From Eutreptiella sp. 'Long Island Sound 2002' (taxonomy: Eukaryota > Protista > Euglenida): a stretch of 64,000 nucleotides of DNA. Shown piece after piece: positions 12,201 through 27,200 of the stretch (the stretch's first letter is position 1; every line of letters begins with the position of its first letter). Under the pieces are notes generated by a model, which ran no database searches, had not been told where the DNA came from, and saw nothing but the letters and a program-made list of their open reading frames with translations. The translations under genes and the position numbers were made by a program. The stretch spans positions 76,818,001 to 76,882,000 of the forward strand of contig OZ038379.1 in assembly GCA_964036045.1 (NCBI GenBank), in the 5' to 3' direction.

Positions 12201-15200
12201 TCCGCTGCGTGACCAAGGCAAACACAATGTGTGTCTCGAGGAATTCAGTGCACGACAAGAGCAAATACACCGTCGTCTTGAGGGATTCGCTGCATAACCA
12301 CACAAAAATACACTGTGTGTCCCGAGCAAAGAACCGCACGTCTAGAGGAAGATAGCCGTGTGTCATGAGCAATCCACTACCTGACCGGAGCAATTCAATG
12401 AACCACGAGAGCAAATACACTGTATGCTTTGAGCAATGCACTCCATCTCAAGAGCAAATACATCACGTGTCCAGACCATTTCACTGCATGTCTAGAGCAA
12501 ATACACCGTGTGTCCTGACAAATGCACTGCCTGTCCAGAGTAAATACAACGTGTCTCCTTAGGAATTCGCCGCATGTCTAGAGGGAATACACCCTGTGCC
12601 CCTGTGTCTTGAGCCATTCACTGCATCTCCAAAGCGAATACACCATGTGTCCTCAGCATTCCCTTGCATGACCAGAGGGAATACACTCTGTCTTCTTAGC
12701 AATTTCCTGCATGTCTAGACCGAATACACCGTGTTTCTTGTGGCTCCTGAGCAATGCAGTTCATGCCTAGACCAAATATGCTGTGTGTCTTGAGAAACTT
12801 ATTGCATGACCACAGCAAATACACTGTGTGTTTTGAGCAATTCACAGCATGTCGAGAGCACATACACCATGTGTCTTGACCATTTCCTTGCAGGTAGAGA
12901 GCAAATACACCGCCCGGCCTGAGAGTTTCACAGCATGTCTAGAGCAAATACACGGTGAGTCTTGCGCGGTTCATTGCATGTGGAGCACAAATACACCGCG
13001 CGTCTAGAGTGTTTCTCGGCATGTTCACAGCAAACACATCGCGTGTCTTGAGCAACTCGCTGCGTTACAAGAGCAAATGCATGTTCGTCAAGAGCATTTC
13101 ACTGCATGTCGAGAGCAAATACACCGTGTGTCATGAGCCATTCGCTGCGTACCAAGAGCAATGCACCGTGTGTACAGAGTGGTCCGCTGCGTGACCAAGG
13201 CAAACACAATGTGTGTCTCGAGCAATTCAGTGCACGACAAGAGCAAATACACCGTCGTCTTGAGGGATTCGCTGCACAACCACATAAAAATACACCGTGT
13301 GTCCCGAGCAAAGAACCGCATGTCTAGAGGAAGATAGCCGTGTGTCATGAGCAATCCACTACCTGACCGGAGCAATTCAATGCACCACCAGAGCAAATAC
13401 ATCGTATGCTTTGAGCCATGCACTCCATCTCAAGAGCAAATACATCACGTGTCCAGACCATTTCACTGCATGTCTAGAGCAAATACACCGTGTGTCCTGA
13501 CCAATGCACTGCCTGCCAGAGTAAATACAACGTGTCTCCTTAGGAATTCGCCGCATGTCTAGAGGGAATACACCCTGTGCCCGTGTGTCTTGAGCCATTC
13601 ACTGCATCTCCAAAGCGAATACACCATGTGATCTCAGCATTCCCTTGCATGACCAGAGGGAATACACTCTGTCTTCTTAGCAATTTCCTGCATGTCTAGA
13701 CCGAATACACCGTGTTTCTTGTGGCTCGTGAGCAATTCAGTTCATGCCTAGACCAAAGATGCCGTGTGTCTTGAGAAGCTTATTGCATGACCACAGCAAA
13801 CACACTGTGTGTTTTGAGCAATTCACAGCATGTCGAGAGCACATACACCGTGTGTCTTGACCATTTCCTTGCAGGTAGAGAGCAAATACACCGCCCGGCC
13901 TGAGAGTTTCACAGCATGTCTAGAGCAAATACACGGTGAGTCTTGCGCGGTTCATTGCATGTGGAGCACAAATACACCGCGCGTCTAGAGTGTTTCTCGG
14001 CATGTTCCCAGCAAACACATCGCGTGTCTTGAGCAACTCGCTGCGTTACAAGAGCAAATGCACGTTCGTCAAGAGCATTTCACTGCATGTCGAGAGCAAA
14101 TACACCGTGTGTCATGAGCCATTCGCTGCGTACCAAGAGCAATGCACCGTGTGTACAGAGTGGTCCGCTGCGTGACCAAGGCGAACACAATGTGTGTCTC
14201 GAGCAATTCAGTGCACGACAAGAGCACATACACCGTCGTCTTGAGGGATTCGCTGCACAACCACATAAAAATACACCGTGTGTCCCGAGCAAAGAACCGC
14301 ATGTCTAGAGGAAGATAGCCGTGTGTCATGAGCAATCCACTACCTGACCGGAGCAATTCAATGCACCACCAGAGCAAATACATCGTATGCTTTGAGCAAT
14401 GCACTCCATCTCAAGAGCAAATACATCACGTGTCCAGACCATTTCACTGCATGTCTAGAGCAAATACACCGTGTGTCCTGACCAATGCACTGCCTGCCCA
14501 GAGTAAATACAACGTGTCTCCTTAGGAATTCGCCGCATGTCTAGAGGGAATACACCCTGTGCCCCTGTGTCTTGAGCCATTCACTGCATCTCCAAAGCGA
14601 ATACACCATGTGTCCTCAGCATTCCCTTGCATGACCAGAGGGAATACACTCTGTCTTCTTAGCAATTTCCTGCATGTCTAGACCGAATACACCGTGTTTC
14701 TTGTGGCTCGTGAGCAATTCAGTTCATGCCTAGACCAAACATGCCGTGTGTCTTGAGAAACTTATTGCATGACCACAGCAAACACACTGTGTGTTTTGAG
14801 TAATTCACAGCATGTCGAGAGCACATACACCGTGTGTCTTGACCATTTCCTTGCAGGTAGAGAGCAAATACACCGCGTGGCCTGAGAGTTTCACAGCATG
14901 TCTAGAGCAAATACACGGTGAGTCTTGCGCGGTTCATTGCATGTGGAGCACAAATACACCGCGCGTCTAGAGTGTTTCTCGGCATGTTCACAGCAAACAC
15001 ATCGCGTGTCTTGAGCAACTCGCTGCGTTACAAGAGCAAATGCACATTCGTCAAGAGCATTTCACTGCATGTCGAGAGCAAATACACCGTGTGTCATGAG
15101 CCATTCGTTGCGTACCAAGAGCAATGCACCGTGTGTACAGAGTGGTCCACTGCGTGACCAAGGCAAACACACTGTGTGTCTCGAGCAATTCAGTGCACAA

Positions 15201-18200
15201 CAAGAGCAAATACACCGTCGTCTTGAGGGATTCGCTGCACAACCAGACAAAAATACACCGTGTGTCCCGAGCAAAGAACCGCATGTCTAGAGGAAGATAG
15301 CCGTGTGTCATGAGCAATCCACTACCTGACCGGAGCAATTCAATGCACGACCAGAGCAAATACATCGTATGCTTTGAGCAATGCACTCCATCTCAAGAGC
15401 AAATACATCACGTGTCCAGACCATTTCACTGCATGTCTAGAGCAAATACACCGTATGTCCAGACTAATGCACTGCCTATCCAGAGTAAATACAACGTGTC
15501 TCCTTAGGAATTCGCCGCATGTCTAGAGGGAATACACCCTGTGCCCCTGTGTCTTGAGCCATTCACTGCATCTCCAAAGCGAATACACCATGTGTCCTCA
15601 GCATTCCCTTGCATGACCAGAGGGAATACACTCTGTCTTCTTAGCAATTTCCTGCATGTCTAGACCGAATACACCGTGTTTCTTGTGGCTCCTGAGCAAT
15701 TCAGTTCATGCCTAGACCAAATATGCCGTGTGTCTTGAGAAACTTATTGCATGACCACAGCAAACACACTGTGTGTTTTGAGCAATTCACAGCATGTCAA
15801 GAGCACATACACCATGTGTCTTGACCATTTCCTTGCAGGTAGAGAGCAAATACACCGCCCGGCCTGAGAGTTTCACAGCATGTCTAGAGCAAATACACGG
15901 TGAGTCTTGCGCGGTTCATTGCATGTGGAGCACAAATACACCGCGCGTCTAGAGTGTTTCTCGGCATGTTCACAGCAAACACATCGCGTGTCTTGAGCAA
16001 CTCGCTGCGTTACAAGAGCAAATGCACGTTCGTCAAGAGCATTTCACTGCATGTCGAGAGCAAATACACCGTGTGTCATGAGCCATTCGCTGCGTACCAA
16101 GAGCAATGCACCGTGTGTACAGAGTGGTCCGCTGCGTGACCAGTGCAACCACAATGTGTGTCTCGAGGAATTCAGTGCACGACAAGAGCAAATACACCGT
16201 CGTCTTGAGGGATTCGCTGCACAACCACATAAAAATACACCGTGTGTCCCGAGCAAAGAACCGCATGTCTAGAGGAAGATAGCCGTGTGTCATGAGCAAT
16301 CCACTACCTGTCCGGAGCAATTCAATGCACCACCAGAGCAAATACAATGTATGCTTTGAGCAATGCACTCCATCTCAAGAGCAAATACATCACGTGTCCA
16401 GACCATTTCACTGCATGTCTAGAGCAAATACACCGTGTGTCCTGACCAATGCACTGCCTGTCCAGAGTAAATACAACGTGTCTCCTTAGGAATTCGCCGC
16501 ATGTCTAGAGGGAATACACCCTGTGCCCCTGTGTCTTGAGCCATTCACTGCATCTCCAAAGCGAATACACCATGTGTCCTCAGCATTCCCTTGCATGACC
16601 AGAGGGAATACACTCTGTCTTCTTAGCAATTTCCTGCATGTCTAGACCGAATACACCGTGTTTCTTGTGGCTCGTGAGCAATTCATTTCATGCCTAGACC
16701 AAACATGCCGTGTGTCTTGAGAAACTTATTGCATGACCACACCAAACACACTGTGTGTTTTGAGTAATTCACAGCATGTCGAGAGCACATACACCGTGTG
16801 TCTTGACCATTTCCTTGCAGGTAGAGAGCAAATACACCGCGTGGCCTGAGAGTTTCACAGCATGTCTAGAGCAAATACACGGTGAGTCTTGCGCGGTTCA
16901 TTGCATGTGGAGCACAAATACACCGCGCGTCTAGAGTGTTTCTCGGCATGTTCACAGCAAACACATCGCGTGTCTTGAGCAACTCGCTGCGTTACAAGAG
17001 CAAATGCACGTTCGTCAAGAGCATTTCAATGCATGTCGAGAGCAAATACACCGTGTGTCATGAGCCATTCGCTGCGTACCAAGAGCAATGCACCGTGTGT
17101 ACAGAGTGGTCCGCTGCGTGACCAGTGCAACCACAATGTGTGTCTCGAGGAATTCAGTGCACGACAAGAGCAAATACACCGTCGTCTTGAGGGATTCGCT
17201 GCACAACCACATAAAAATACACCGTGTGTCCCGAGCAAAGAACCGCATGTCTAGAGGAAGATAGCCGTGTGTCATGAGCAATCCACTACCTGACCGGAGC
17301 AATTCAATGCACCACCAGAGCAAATACATCGTATGCTTTGAGCAATGCACTCCATCTCAAGAGCAAATACATCACGTGTCCAGACCATTTCACTGCATGT
17401 CTAGAGCAAATACACCGTGTGTCCTGACCAATGCACTTCCTGTCCAGAGTAAATACAACGTGTCTCCTTAGGAATTCGCCGCATGTCTAGAGGGAATACA
17501 CCCTGTGCCCCTGTGTCTTGAGCCATTCACTGCATCTCCAAAGCGAATACACCATGTGTCCTCAGCATTCCCTTGCATGACCAGAGGGAATACACTCTGT
17601 CTTCTTAGCAATTTCCTGCATGTCTAGACCGAATACACCGTGTTTCTTGTGGCTCGTGAGCAATTCATTTCATGCCTAGACCAAACATGCCGTGTGTCTT
17701 GAGAAACTTATTGCATGACCACACCAAACACACTGTGTGTTTTGAGTAATTCACAGCATGTCGAGAGCACATACACCGTGTGTCTTGACCATTTCCTTGC
17801 AGGTAGAGAGCAAATACACCGCGTGGCCTGAGAGTTTCACAGCATGTCTAGAGCAAATACACGGTGAGTCTTGCGCGGTTCATTGCATGTGGAGCACAAA
17901 TACACCGCGCGTCTAGAGTGTTTCTCGGCATGTTCACAGCAAACACATCGCGTGTCTTGAGCAACTCGCTGCGTTACAAGAGCAAATGCACATTCGTCAA
18001 GAGCATTTCACTGCATGTCGAGAGCAAATACACCGTGTGTCATGAGCCATTCGCTGCGTACCAAGAGCAATGCACCGTGTGTACAGAGTGGTCCACTGCG
18101 TGACCAAGGCAAACACAATGTGTGTCTCGAGGAATTCAGTGCACGACAAGAGCACATACACCGTCGTCTTGAGGGATTCGCTGCACAACCACATAAAAAT

Positions 18201-21200
18201 ACACCGTGTGTCCCGAGCAAAGAACCGCATGTCTAGAGGAAGATAGCCGTGTGTCATGAGCAATCCACTACCTGACCGGAGCAATTCAATGCACCACCAG
18301 AGCAAATACATCGTATGCTTTGAGCAATGCACTCCATCTCAAGAGCAAATACGTGTCCAGACCATTTCACTGCATGTCTAGAGCAAATACACCGTATGTC
18401 CTGACCAATGCACTGCCTATCCAGAGTAAATACAACGTGTCTCCTTAGGAATTCGCCGCATGTCTAGAGGGAATACACCCTGTGCCCCTTTGTCTTGAGC
18501 CATTCACTGCATCTCCAAAGCGAATACACCATGTGTCCTCAGCATTCCCTTGCATGACCAGAGGGAATACACTCTGTCTTCTTAGCAATTTCCTGCATGT
18601 CTAGACCGAATACACCGTGTTTCTTGTGGCTCGTGAGCAATTCAGTTCATGCCTAGACCAAATATGCCGTGTGTCTTGAGAAACTTATTGCATGAGCACA
18701 GCAAACACACTGTGTGTTTTGAGCAATTCACAGCATGTCGAGAGCACATACACCATGTGTCTTGACCATTTCCTTGCAGGTAGAGAGCAAATACACCGCC
18801 CGGCCTGAGAGTTTCACAGCATGTCTAGAGCAAATAGACAGTGAGTCTTGCGCGGTTCATTGCATGTGGAGCACAAATACACCGCGCGTCTAGAGTGTTT
18901 CTCGGCATGTTCACAGCAAACACATCGCGTGTCTTGAGCAACTCGCTGCGTTACAAGAGCAAATGCACGTTCGTCAAGAGCATTTCACTGCATGTCGAGA
19001 GCAAATACACCGTGTGTCATGAGCCATTCGCTGCGTACCAAGAGCAATGCACCGTGTGTACAGAGTGGTCCGCTGCGTGACCAGTGCAACCACAATGTGT
19101 GTCTCGAGGAATTCAGTGCACGACAAGAGCAAATACACCGTCGTCTTGAGGGATTCGCTGCACAACCACATAAAAATACACCGTGTGTCCCGAGCAAAGA
19201 ACCGCATGTCTAGAGGAAGATAGCCGTGTGTCATGAGCAATCCACTACCTGACCGGAGCAATTCAATGCACCACCAGAGCAAATACATCGTATGCTTTGA
19301 GCAATGCACTCCATCTCAAGAGCAAATACATCACGTGTCCAGACCATTTCACTGCATGTCTAGAGCAAATACACCGTGTGTCCTGACCAATGCACTTCCT
19401 GTCCAGAGTAAATACAACGTGTCTCCTTAGGAATTCGCCGCATGTCTAGAGGGAATACACCCTGTGCCCCTGTGTCTTGAGCCATTCACTGCATCTCCAA
19501 AGCGAATACACCATGTGTCCTCAGCATTCCCTTGCATGACCAGAGGGAATACACTCTGTCTTCTTAGCAATTTCCTGCATGTCTAGACCGAATACACCGT
19601 GTTTCTTGTGGCTCGTGAGCAATTCATTTCATGCCTAGACCAAAAATGCCGTGTGTCTTGAGAAACTTATTGCATGACCACACCAAACACACTGTGTGTT
19701 TTGAGTAATTCACAGCATGTCGAGAGCACATACACCGTGTGTCTTGACCATTTCCTTGCAGGTAGAGAGCAAATACACCGCGTGGCCTGAGAGTTTCACA
19801 GCATGTCTAGAGCAAATACACGGTGAGTCTTGCGCGGTTCATTGCATGTGGAGCACAAATACACCGCGCGTCTAGAGTGTTTCTCGGCATGTTCACAGCA
19901 AACACATCGCGTGTCTTGAGCAACTCGCTGCGTTACAAGAGCAAATGCACGTTCGTCAAGAGCATTTCACTGCATGTCGAGAGCAAATACACCGTGTGTC
20001 ATGAGCCATTCGCTGCGTACCAAGAGCAATGCACCGTGTGTACAGAGTGGTCCACTGCGTGACCAAGGCAAACACAATGTGTGTCTCGAGGAATTCAGTG
20101 CACGACAAGAGCACATACACCGTCGTCTTGAGGGATTCGCTGCACAACCACATAAAAATACACCGTGTGTCCCGAGCAAAGAACCGCATGTCTAGAGGAA
20201 GATAGCCGTGTGTCATGAGCAATCCACTACCTGACCGGAGCAATTCAATGCACCACCAGAGCAAATACATCGTATGCTTTGAGCAATGCACTCCATCTCA
20301 AGAGCAAATACGTGTCCAGACCATTTCACTGCATGTCTAGAGCAAATACACCGTATGTCCTGACCAATGCACTGCCTGTCCAGAGTAAATACAACGTGTC
20401 TCCTTAGGAATTCGCCGCATGTCTAGAGGGAATACACCCTGTGCCCCTTTGTCTTGAGCCATTCACTGCATCTCCAAAGCGAATACACCATGTGTCCTCA
20501 GCATTCCCTTGCATGACCAGAGGGAATACACTCTGTCTTCTTAGCAATTTCCTGCATGTCTAGACCGAATACACCGTGTTTCTTGTGGCTCGTGAGCAAT
20601 TCAGTTCATGCCTAGACCAAATATGCCGTGTGTCTTGAGAAACTTATTGCATGACCACAGCAAACAAACTGTGTGTTTTGAGCAATTCACAGCATGTCGA
20701 GAGCACATACACCATGTGTCTTGACCATTTCCTTGCAGGTAGAGAGCAAATACACCGCCCGGCCTGAGAGTTTCACAGCATGTCTAGAGCAAATACACGG
20801 TGAGTCTTGCGCGGTTCATTGCATGTGGAGCACAAATACACCGCGCGTCTAGAGTGTTTCTCGGCATGTTCACAGCAAACACATCGCGTGTCTTGAGCAA
20901 CTCGCTGCGTTACAAGAGCAAATGCACGTTCGTCAAGAGCATTTCACTGCATGTCGAGAGCAAATACACCGTGTGTCATGAGCCATTCGCTGCGTACCAA
21001 GAGCAATGCACCGCGTGTACAGAGTGGTCCGCTGCGTGACCAAGGCAAACACAATGTGTGTCTCGAGCAATTCAGTGCACAACAAGAGCAAATACACCGT
21101 CGTCTTGAGGGATTCGCTGCACAACCACATAAAAATACACCGTGTGTCCCGAGCAAAGAACCGCATGTCTAGAGGAAGATAGCCGTGTGTCATGAGCAAT

Positions 21201-24200
21201 CCACTACCTGACCGGAGCAATTCAATGCACCACCAGAGCAAATACATCGTATGCTTTGAGCAATGCACTCCATCTCAAGAGCAAATACATCACGTGTCCA
21301 GACCATTTCACTGCATGTCTAGAGCAAATACACCGTGTGTCCTGACCAATGCACTTCCTGTCCAGAGTAAATACAACGTGTCTCCTTAGGAATTCGCCGC
21401 ATGTCTAGAGGGAATACACCCTGTGCCCCTGTGTCTTGAGCCATTCACTGCATCTCCAAAGCGAATACACCATGTGTCCTCAGCATTCCCTTGCATGACC
21501 AGAGGGAATACACTCTGTCTTCTTAGCAATTTCCTGCATGTCTAGACCGAATACACCGTGTTTCTTGTGGCTCGTGAGCAATTCATTTCATGCCTAGACC
21601 AAACATGCCGTGTGTCTTGAGAAACTTATTGCATGACCACACCAAACACACTGTGTGTTTTGAGTAATTCACAGCATGTCGAGAGCACATACACCGTGTG
21701 TCTTGACCATTTCCTTGCAGGTAGAGAGCAAATACACCGCGTGGCCTGAGAGTTTCACAGCATGTCTAGAGCAAATACACGGTGAGTCTTGCGCGGTTCA
21801 TTGCATGTGGAGCACAAATACACCGCGCGTCTAGAGTGTTTCTCGGCATGTTCACAGCAAACACATCGCGTGTCTTGAGCAACTCGCTGCGTTACAAGAG
21901 CAAATGCACGTTCGTCAAGAGCATTTCACTGCATGTCGAGAGCAAATACACCGTGTGTCATGAGCCATTCGCTGCGTACCAAGAGCAATGCACCGTGTGT
22001 ACAGAGTGGTCCACTGCGTGACCAAGGCAAACACAATGTGTGTCTCGAGGAATTCAGTGCACGACAAGAGCACATACACCGTCGTCTTGAGGGATTCGCT
22101 GCACAACCACATAAAAATACACCGTGTGTCCCGAGCAAAGAACCGCATGTCTAGAGGAAGATAGCCGTGTGTCATGAGCAATCCACTACCTGACCGGAGC
22201 AATTCAATGCACCACCAGAGCAAATACATCGTATGCTTTGAGCAATGCACTCCATCTCAAGAGCAAATACGTGTCCAGACCATTTCACTGCATGTCTAGA
22301 GCAAATACACCGTATGTCCTGACCAATGCACTGCCTATCCAGAGTAAATACAACGTGTCTCCTTAGGAATTCGCCGCATGTCTAGAGGGAATACACCCTG
22401 TGCCCCTTTGTCTTGAGCCATTCACTGCATCTCCAAAGCGAATACACCATGTGTCCTCAGCATTCCCTTGCATGACCAGAGGGAATACACTCTGTCTTCT
22501 TAGCAATTTCCTGCATGTCTAGACCGAATACACCGTGTTTCTTGTGGCTCGTGAGCAATTCAGTTCATGCCTAGACCAAATATGCCGTGTGTCTTGAGAA
22601 ACTTATTGCATGACCACAGCAAACAAACTGTGTGTTTTGAGCAATTCACAGCATGTCGAGAGCACATACACCATGTGTCTTGACCATTTCCTTGCAGGTA
22701 GAGAGCAAATACACCGCCCGGCCTGAGAGTTTCACAGCATGTCTAGAGCAAATAGACAGTGAGTCTTGCGCGGTTCATTGCATGTGGAGCACAAATACAC
22801 CGCGCGTCTAGAGTGTTTCTCGGCATGTTCACGGCAAACACATCGCGTGTCTTGAGCAACTCGCTGCGTTACAAGAGCAAATGCACGTTCGTCAAGAGCA
22901 TTTCACTGCATGTCGAGAGCAAATACACCGTGTGTCATGAGCCATTCGCTGCGTACCAAGAGCAATGCACCGCGTGTACAGAGTGGTCCGCTGCGTGACC
23001 AAGGCAAACACAATGTGTGTCTCGAGCAATTCAGTGCACAACAAGAGCAAATACACCGTCGTCTTGAGGGATTCGCTGCACAACCACATAAAAATACACC
23101 GTGTGTCCCGAGCAAAGAACCGCATGTCTAGAGGAAGATAGCCGTGTGTCATGAGCAATCCACTACCTGACCGGAGCAATTCAATGCACCACCAGAGCAA
23201 ATACATCGTATGCTTTGAGCAATGCACTCCATCTCAAGAGCAAATACATCACGTGTCCAGACCATTTCACTGCATGTCTAGAGCAAATACACCGTGTGTC
23301 TTGACCAATGCACTGCCTGTCCAGAGTAAATACGACGTGTCTCCTTAGGAATTCGCCGCATGTCTAGAGGGAATACACCCTGTGCCCCTGTGTCTTGACC
23401 CATTCACTGCATCTCCAAAGCGAATACACCATGTGTCCTCAACATTCCCTTGCATGACCAGAGGGAATACACTCTGTCTTCTTAGCAATTTCCTGCATGT
23501 CTAGACCGAATACACCGTGTTTCTTGTGGCTCGTGAGCAATTCATTTCATGCCTAGACCAAACATGCCGTGTGTCTTGAGAAACTTATTGCATGACCACA
23601 GCAAACACACTATGTGTTTTGAGCAATTCACAGCATGTCGAGAGCACATACACCGTGTGTCTTGACCATTTCCTTGCAGGTAGAGAGCAAATACACCGCG
23701 TGGCCTGAGAGTTTCACAGCATGTCTAGAGCAAATACACGGTGAGTCTTGCGCGGTTCATTGCATGTGGAGCACAAATACACCGCGCGTCTAGAGTGTTT
23801 CTCGGCATGTTCACAGCAAACACATCGCGTGTCTTGAGCAACTCGCTGCGTTACAAGAGCAAATGCACGTTCGTCAAGAGCATTTCACTGCATGTCGAGA
23901 GCAAATACACCGTGTGTCATGAGCCATTCGCTGCGTACCAAGAGCAATGCACCGTGTGTACAGAGTGGTCCGCTGCGTGACCAAGGCAAACAGAATGTGT
24001 ACTCGAGCAATTCAATGCACGACAAGAGCAAATACACCGTCGTCTTGAGGGATTCGCTGCAGAACCACACAAAAATACACCGTGTGTCCCGAGCAAAGAA
24101 CCGCATGTCTAGAGGAAGATAGCCGTGTGTCATGAGCAATCCACTACCTAACCGGAGCAATTCAATGCACCACCAGAGCAAATACATCGTATGCTTTGAG

Positions 24201-27200
24201 CAATGCACTCCATCTCAAGAGCAAATACATCACGTGTCCAGACCATTTCACTGCATGTCTAGAGCAAATACACCGTGTGTCCTGACCAATGCACTGCCTG
24301 TCCAGGGTAAATACAACGTGTCTCCTTAGGAATTCGCCGCATGTCTAGAGGGAATACACCCTGTGCCCCTGTGTCTTGAGCCATTCACTGCATCTCCAAA
24401 GCGAATACACCATGTGTCCTCAGCATTCCCTTGCATGACCAGAGGGAATACACTCTGTCTTCTTAGCAATTTCCTGCATGTCTAGACCGAATACACCGTG
24501 TTTCTTGTGGCTCGTGAGCAATTCAGTTCATGCCTAGACCAAATATGCCGTGTGTCTTGAGAAACTTATTGCATGACCACAGCAAACACACTGTGTGTTT
24601 TGAGCAATTCACAGCATGTCGAGAGCACATACACCGTGTGTCTTGACCATTTCCTTGCAGGTAGAGAGCAAATACACCGCCCGGCCTGAGAGTTTCACAG
24701 CATGTCTAGAGCAAATACACGGTGAGTCTTGCGCGGTTCATTGCATGTGGAGCACAAATACACCGCGCGTCTAGAGTGTTTCTCGGCATGTTCACAGCAA
24801 ACACATCGCGTGTCTTGAGCAACTCGCTGCGTTACAAGAGCAAATGCACGTTCGTGAAGAGCATTTCACTGCATGTCGAGAGCAAATACACCGTGTGTCA
24901 TGAGCCATTCGCTGCGTACCAAGAGCAATGCACCGTGTGTACAGAGTGGTCCGCTGCGTGACCAAGGCAAACACAATGTGTGTCTCGAGCAATTCAGTGC
25001 ACGACAAGAGCAAATACACCGTCGTCTTGAGGATTCGCTGCACAACCACACAAAAATACACCGTGTGTCCCGAGCAAAGAACCGCACGTCTAGAGGAAGA
25101 TAGCCGTGTGTCATGAGCAATCCACTACCTGACCGGAGCAATTCAATGCACCACCAGAGCAAATACATCGTATGCTTTGAGCAATGCACTCCATCTCAAG
25201 AGCAAATACATCACGTGTCCAGACCGTTTCACTGCATGTCTAGAGCAAATACACCGTGTGTGCTGACCAATGCACTGCCCGTCCAGAGTAAATACAACGT
25301 GTCTCCTTAGGAATTCGCCGCATGTCTAGAGGGAATACACCCTGTGCCCCTGTGTCTTGAGCCATTCACTGCATCTCCAAAGCGAATACACCATGTGTCC
25401 TCAGCATTCCCTTGCATGACCAGAGGGAATACACTCTGTCTTCTTAGCAATTTCCTGCATGTCTAGACCGAATACACCGTGTTTCTTGTGGCTCGTGAGC
25501 AATTCAGTTCATGCCTAGACCAAATATGCCGTGTGTCTTGAGAAACTTATTGCATGAGCACAGCAAACACACTGTGTGTTTTGAGCAATTCACAGCATGT
25601 CGAGAGCACATACACCATGTGTCTTGACCATTTCCTTGCAGGTAGAGAGCAAATACACCGCCCGGCCTGAGAGTTTCACAGCATGTCTAGAGCAAATACA
25701 CGGTGAGTCTTGCGCGGTTCATTGCATGTGGAGCACAAATACACCGCGCGTCTAGAGTGTTTCTCGGCATGTTCACAGCAAACACATCGCGTGTCTTGAG
25801 CAACTCGCTGCGTTACAAGAGCAAATGCACGTTCGTCAAGAGCATTTCACTGCATGTGGAGAGCAAATACACCGTGTGTCATGAGCCATTCGCTGCGTAC
25901 CAAGAGCAATGCACCGTGTGTACAGAGTGGTCCGCTGCGTGACCAAGGCAAACACAATGTGTGTCTCGAGCAATTCAGTGCACGACAAGAGCAAATACAC
26001 CGTCGTCTTGAGGATTCGCTGCACAACCACATAAAAATACACCGTGTGTCCCGAGCAAAGAACCGCATGTCTAGAGGAAGATAGCCGTGTGTCATGAGCA
26101 ATCCACTACCTGACCGGAGCAATTCAATGCACCACCAGAGCAAATACATCGTATGCTTTGAGCAATGCACTCCATCTCAAGAGCAAATACATCACGTGTC
26201 CAGACCATTTCACTGCATGTCTAGAGCAAATACACCGTGTGTCCTGACCAATGCACGGCCCGTCCAGAGTAAATACAACGTGTCTCCTTCGGAATTCACC
26301 GCATGTCTAGAGGGAATACACCCTGTGCCCCTGTGTCTTGAGCCATTCACTGCATCTCCAAAGCGAATACACCATGTGCCCTCAGCATTCCCTTGCATGA
26401 CCAGAGGGAATACACTCTGTCTTCTTAGCAATTTCCTGCATGTCTAGACCGAATACACCGTGTTTCTTGTGGCTCGTGAGCAATTCAGTTCATGCCTAGA
26501 CCAAATATGCCGTGTGTCTTGAGAAACTTATTGCATGAGCACAGCAAACACACTGTGTGTTTTGAGCAATTCACAGCATGTCGAGAGCACATACACCGTG
26601 TGTCTTGACCATTTCCTTGCAGGTAGAGAGCAAATACACCGCCCGGCCTGAGAGTTTCACAGCATGTCTAGAGCAAATACACGGTGAGTCTTGCGCGGTT
26701 CATTGCATGTGGAGCACAAATACACCGCGCGTCTAGAGTGTTTCTCGGCATGTTCACAGCAAACACATCGCGTGTCTTGAGCAACTCGCTGCGTTACAAG
26801 AGCAAATGCACGTTCGTCAAGAGCATTTCACTGCATGTCGAGAGCAAATACACCGTGTGTCATGAGCCATTCGCTGCGTACCAAGAGCAATGCACCGTGT
26901 GTACAGAGTGGTCCACTGCGTGACCAAGGCAAACACAATGTGTGTCTCGAGCAATTCAGTGCACGACAAGAGCAAATACACCGTCGTCTTGAGGGATTCG
27001 CTGCACAACCACATAAAAATACACCGTGTGTCCCGAGCAAAGAACCGCATGTCTAGAGGAAGATAGCCGTGTGTCATGAGCAATCCACTACCTGACAAGG
27101 GCAATTCAATGCACCACCAGAGCAAATACATCGTATGCTTTGAGCAATGCACTCCATCTCAAGAGCAAATACATCACGTGTCCAGACCATTTCACTGCAT

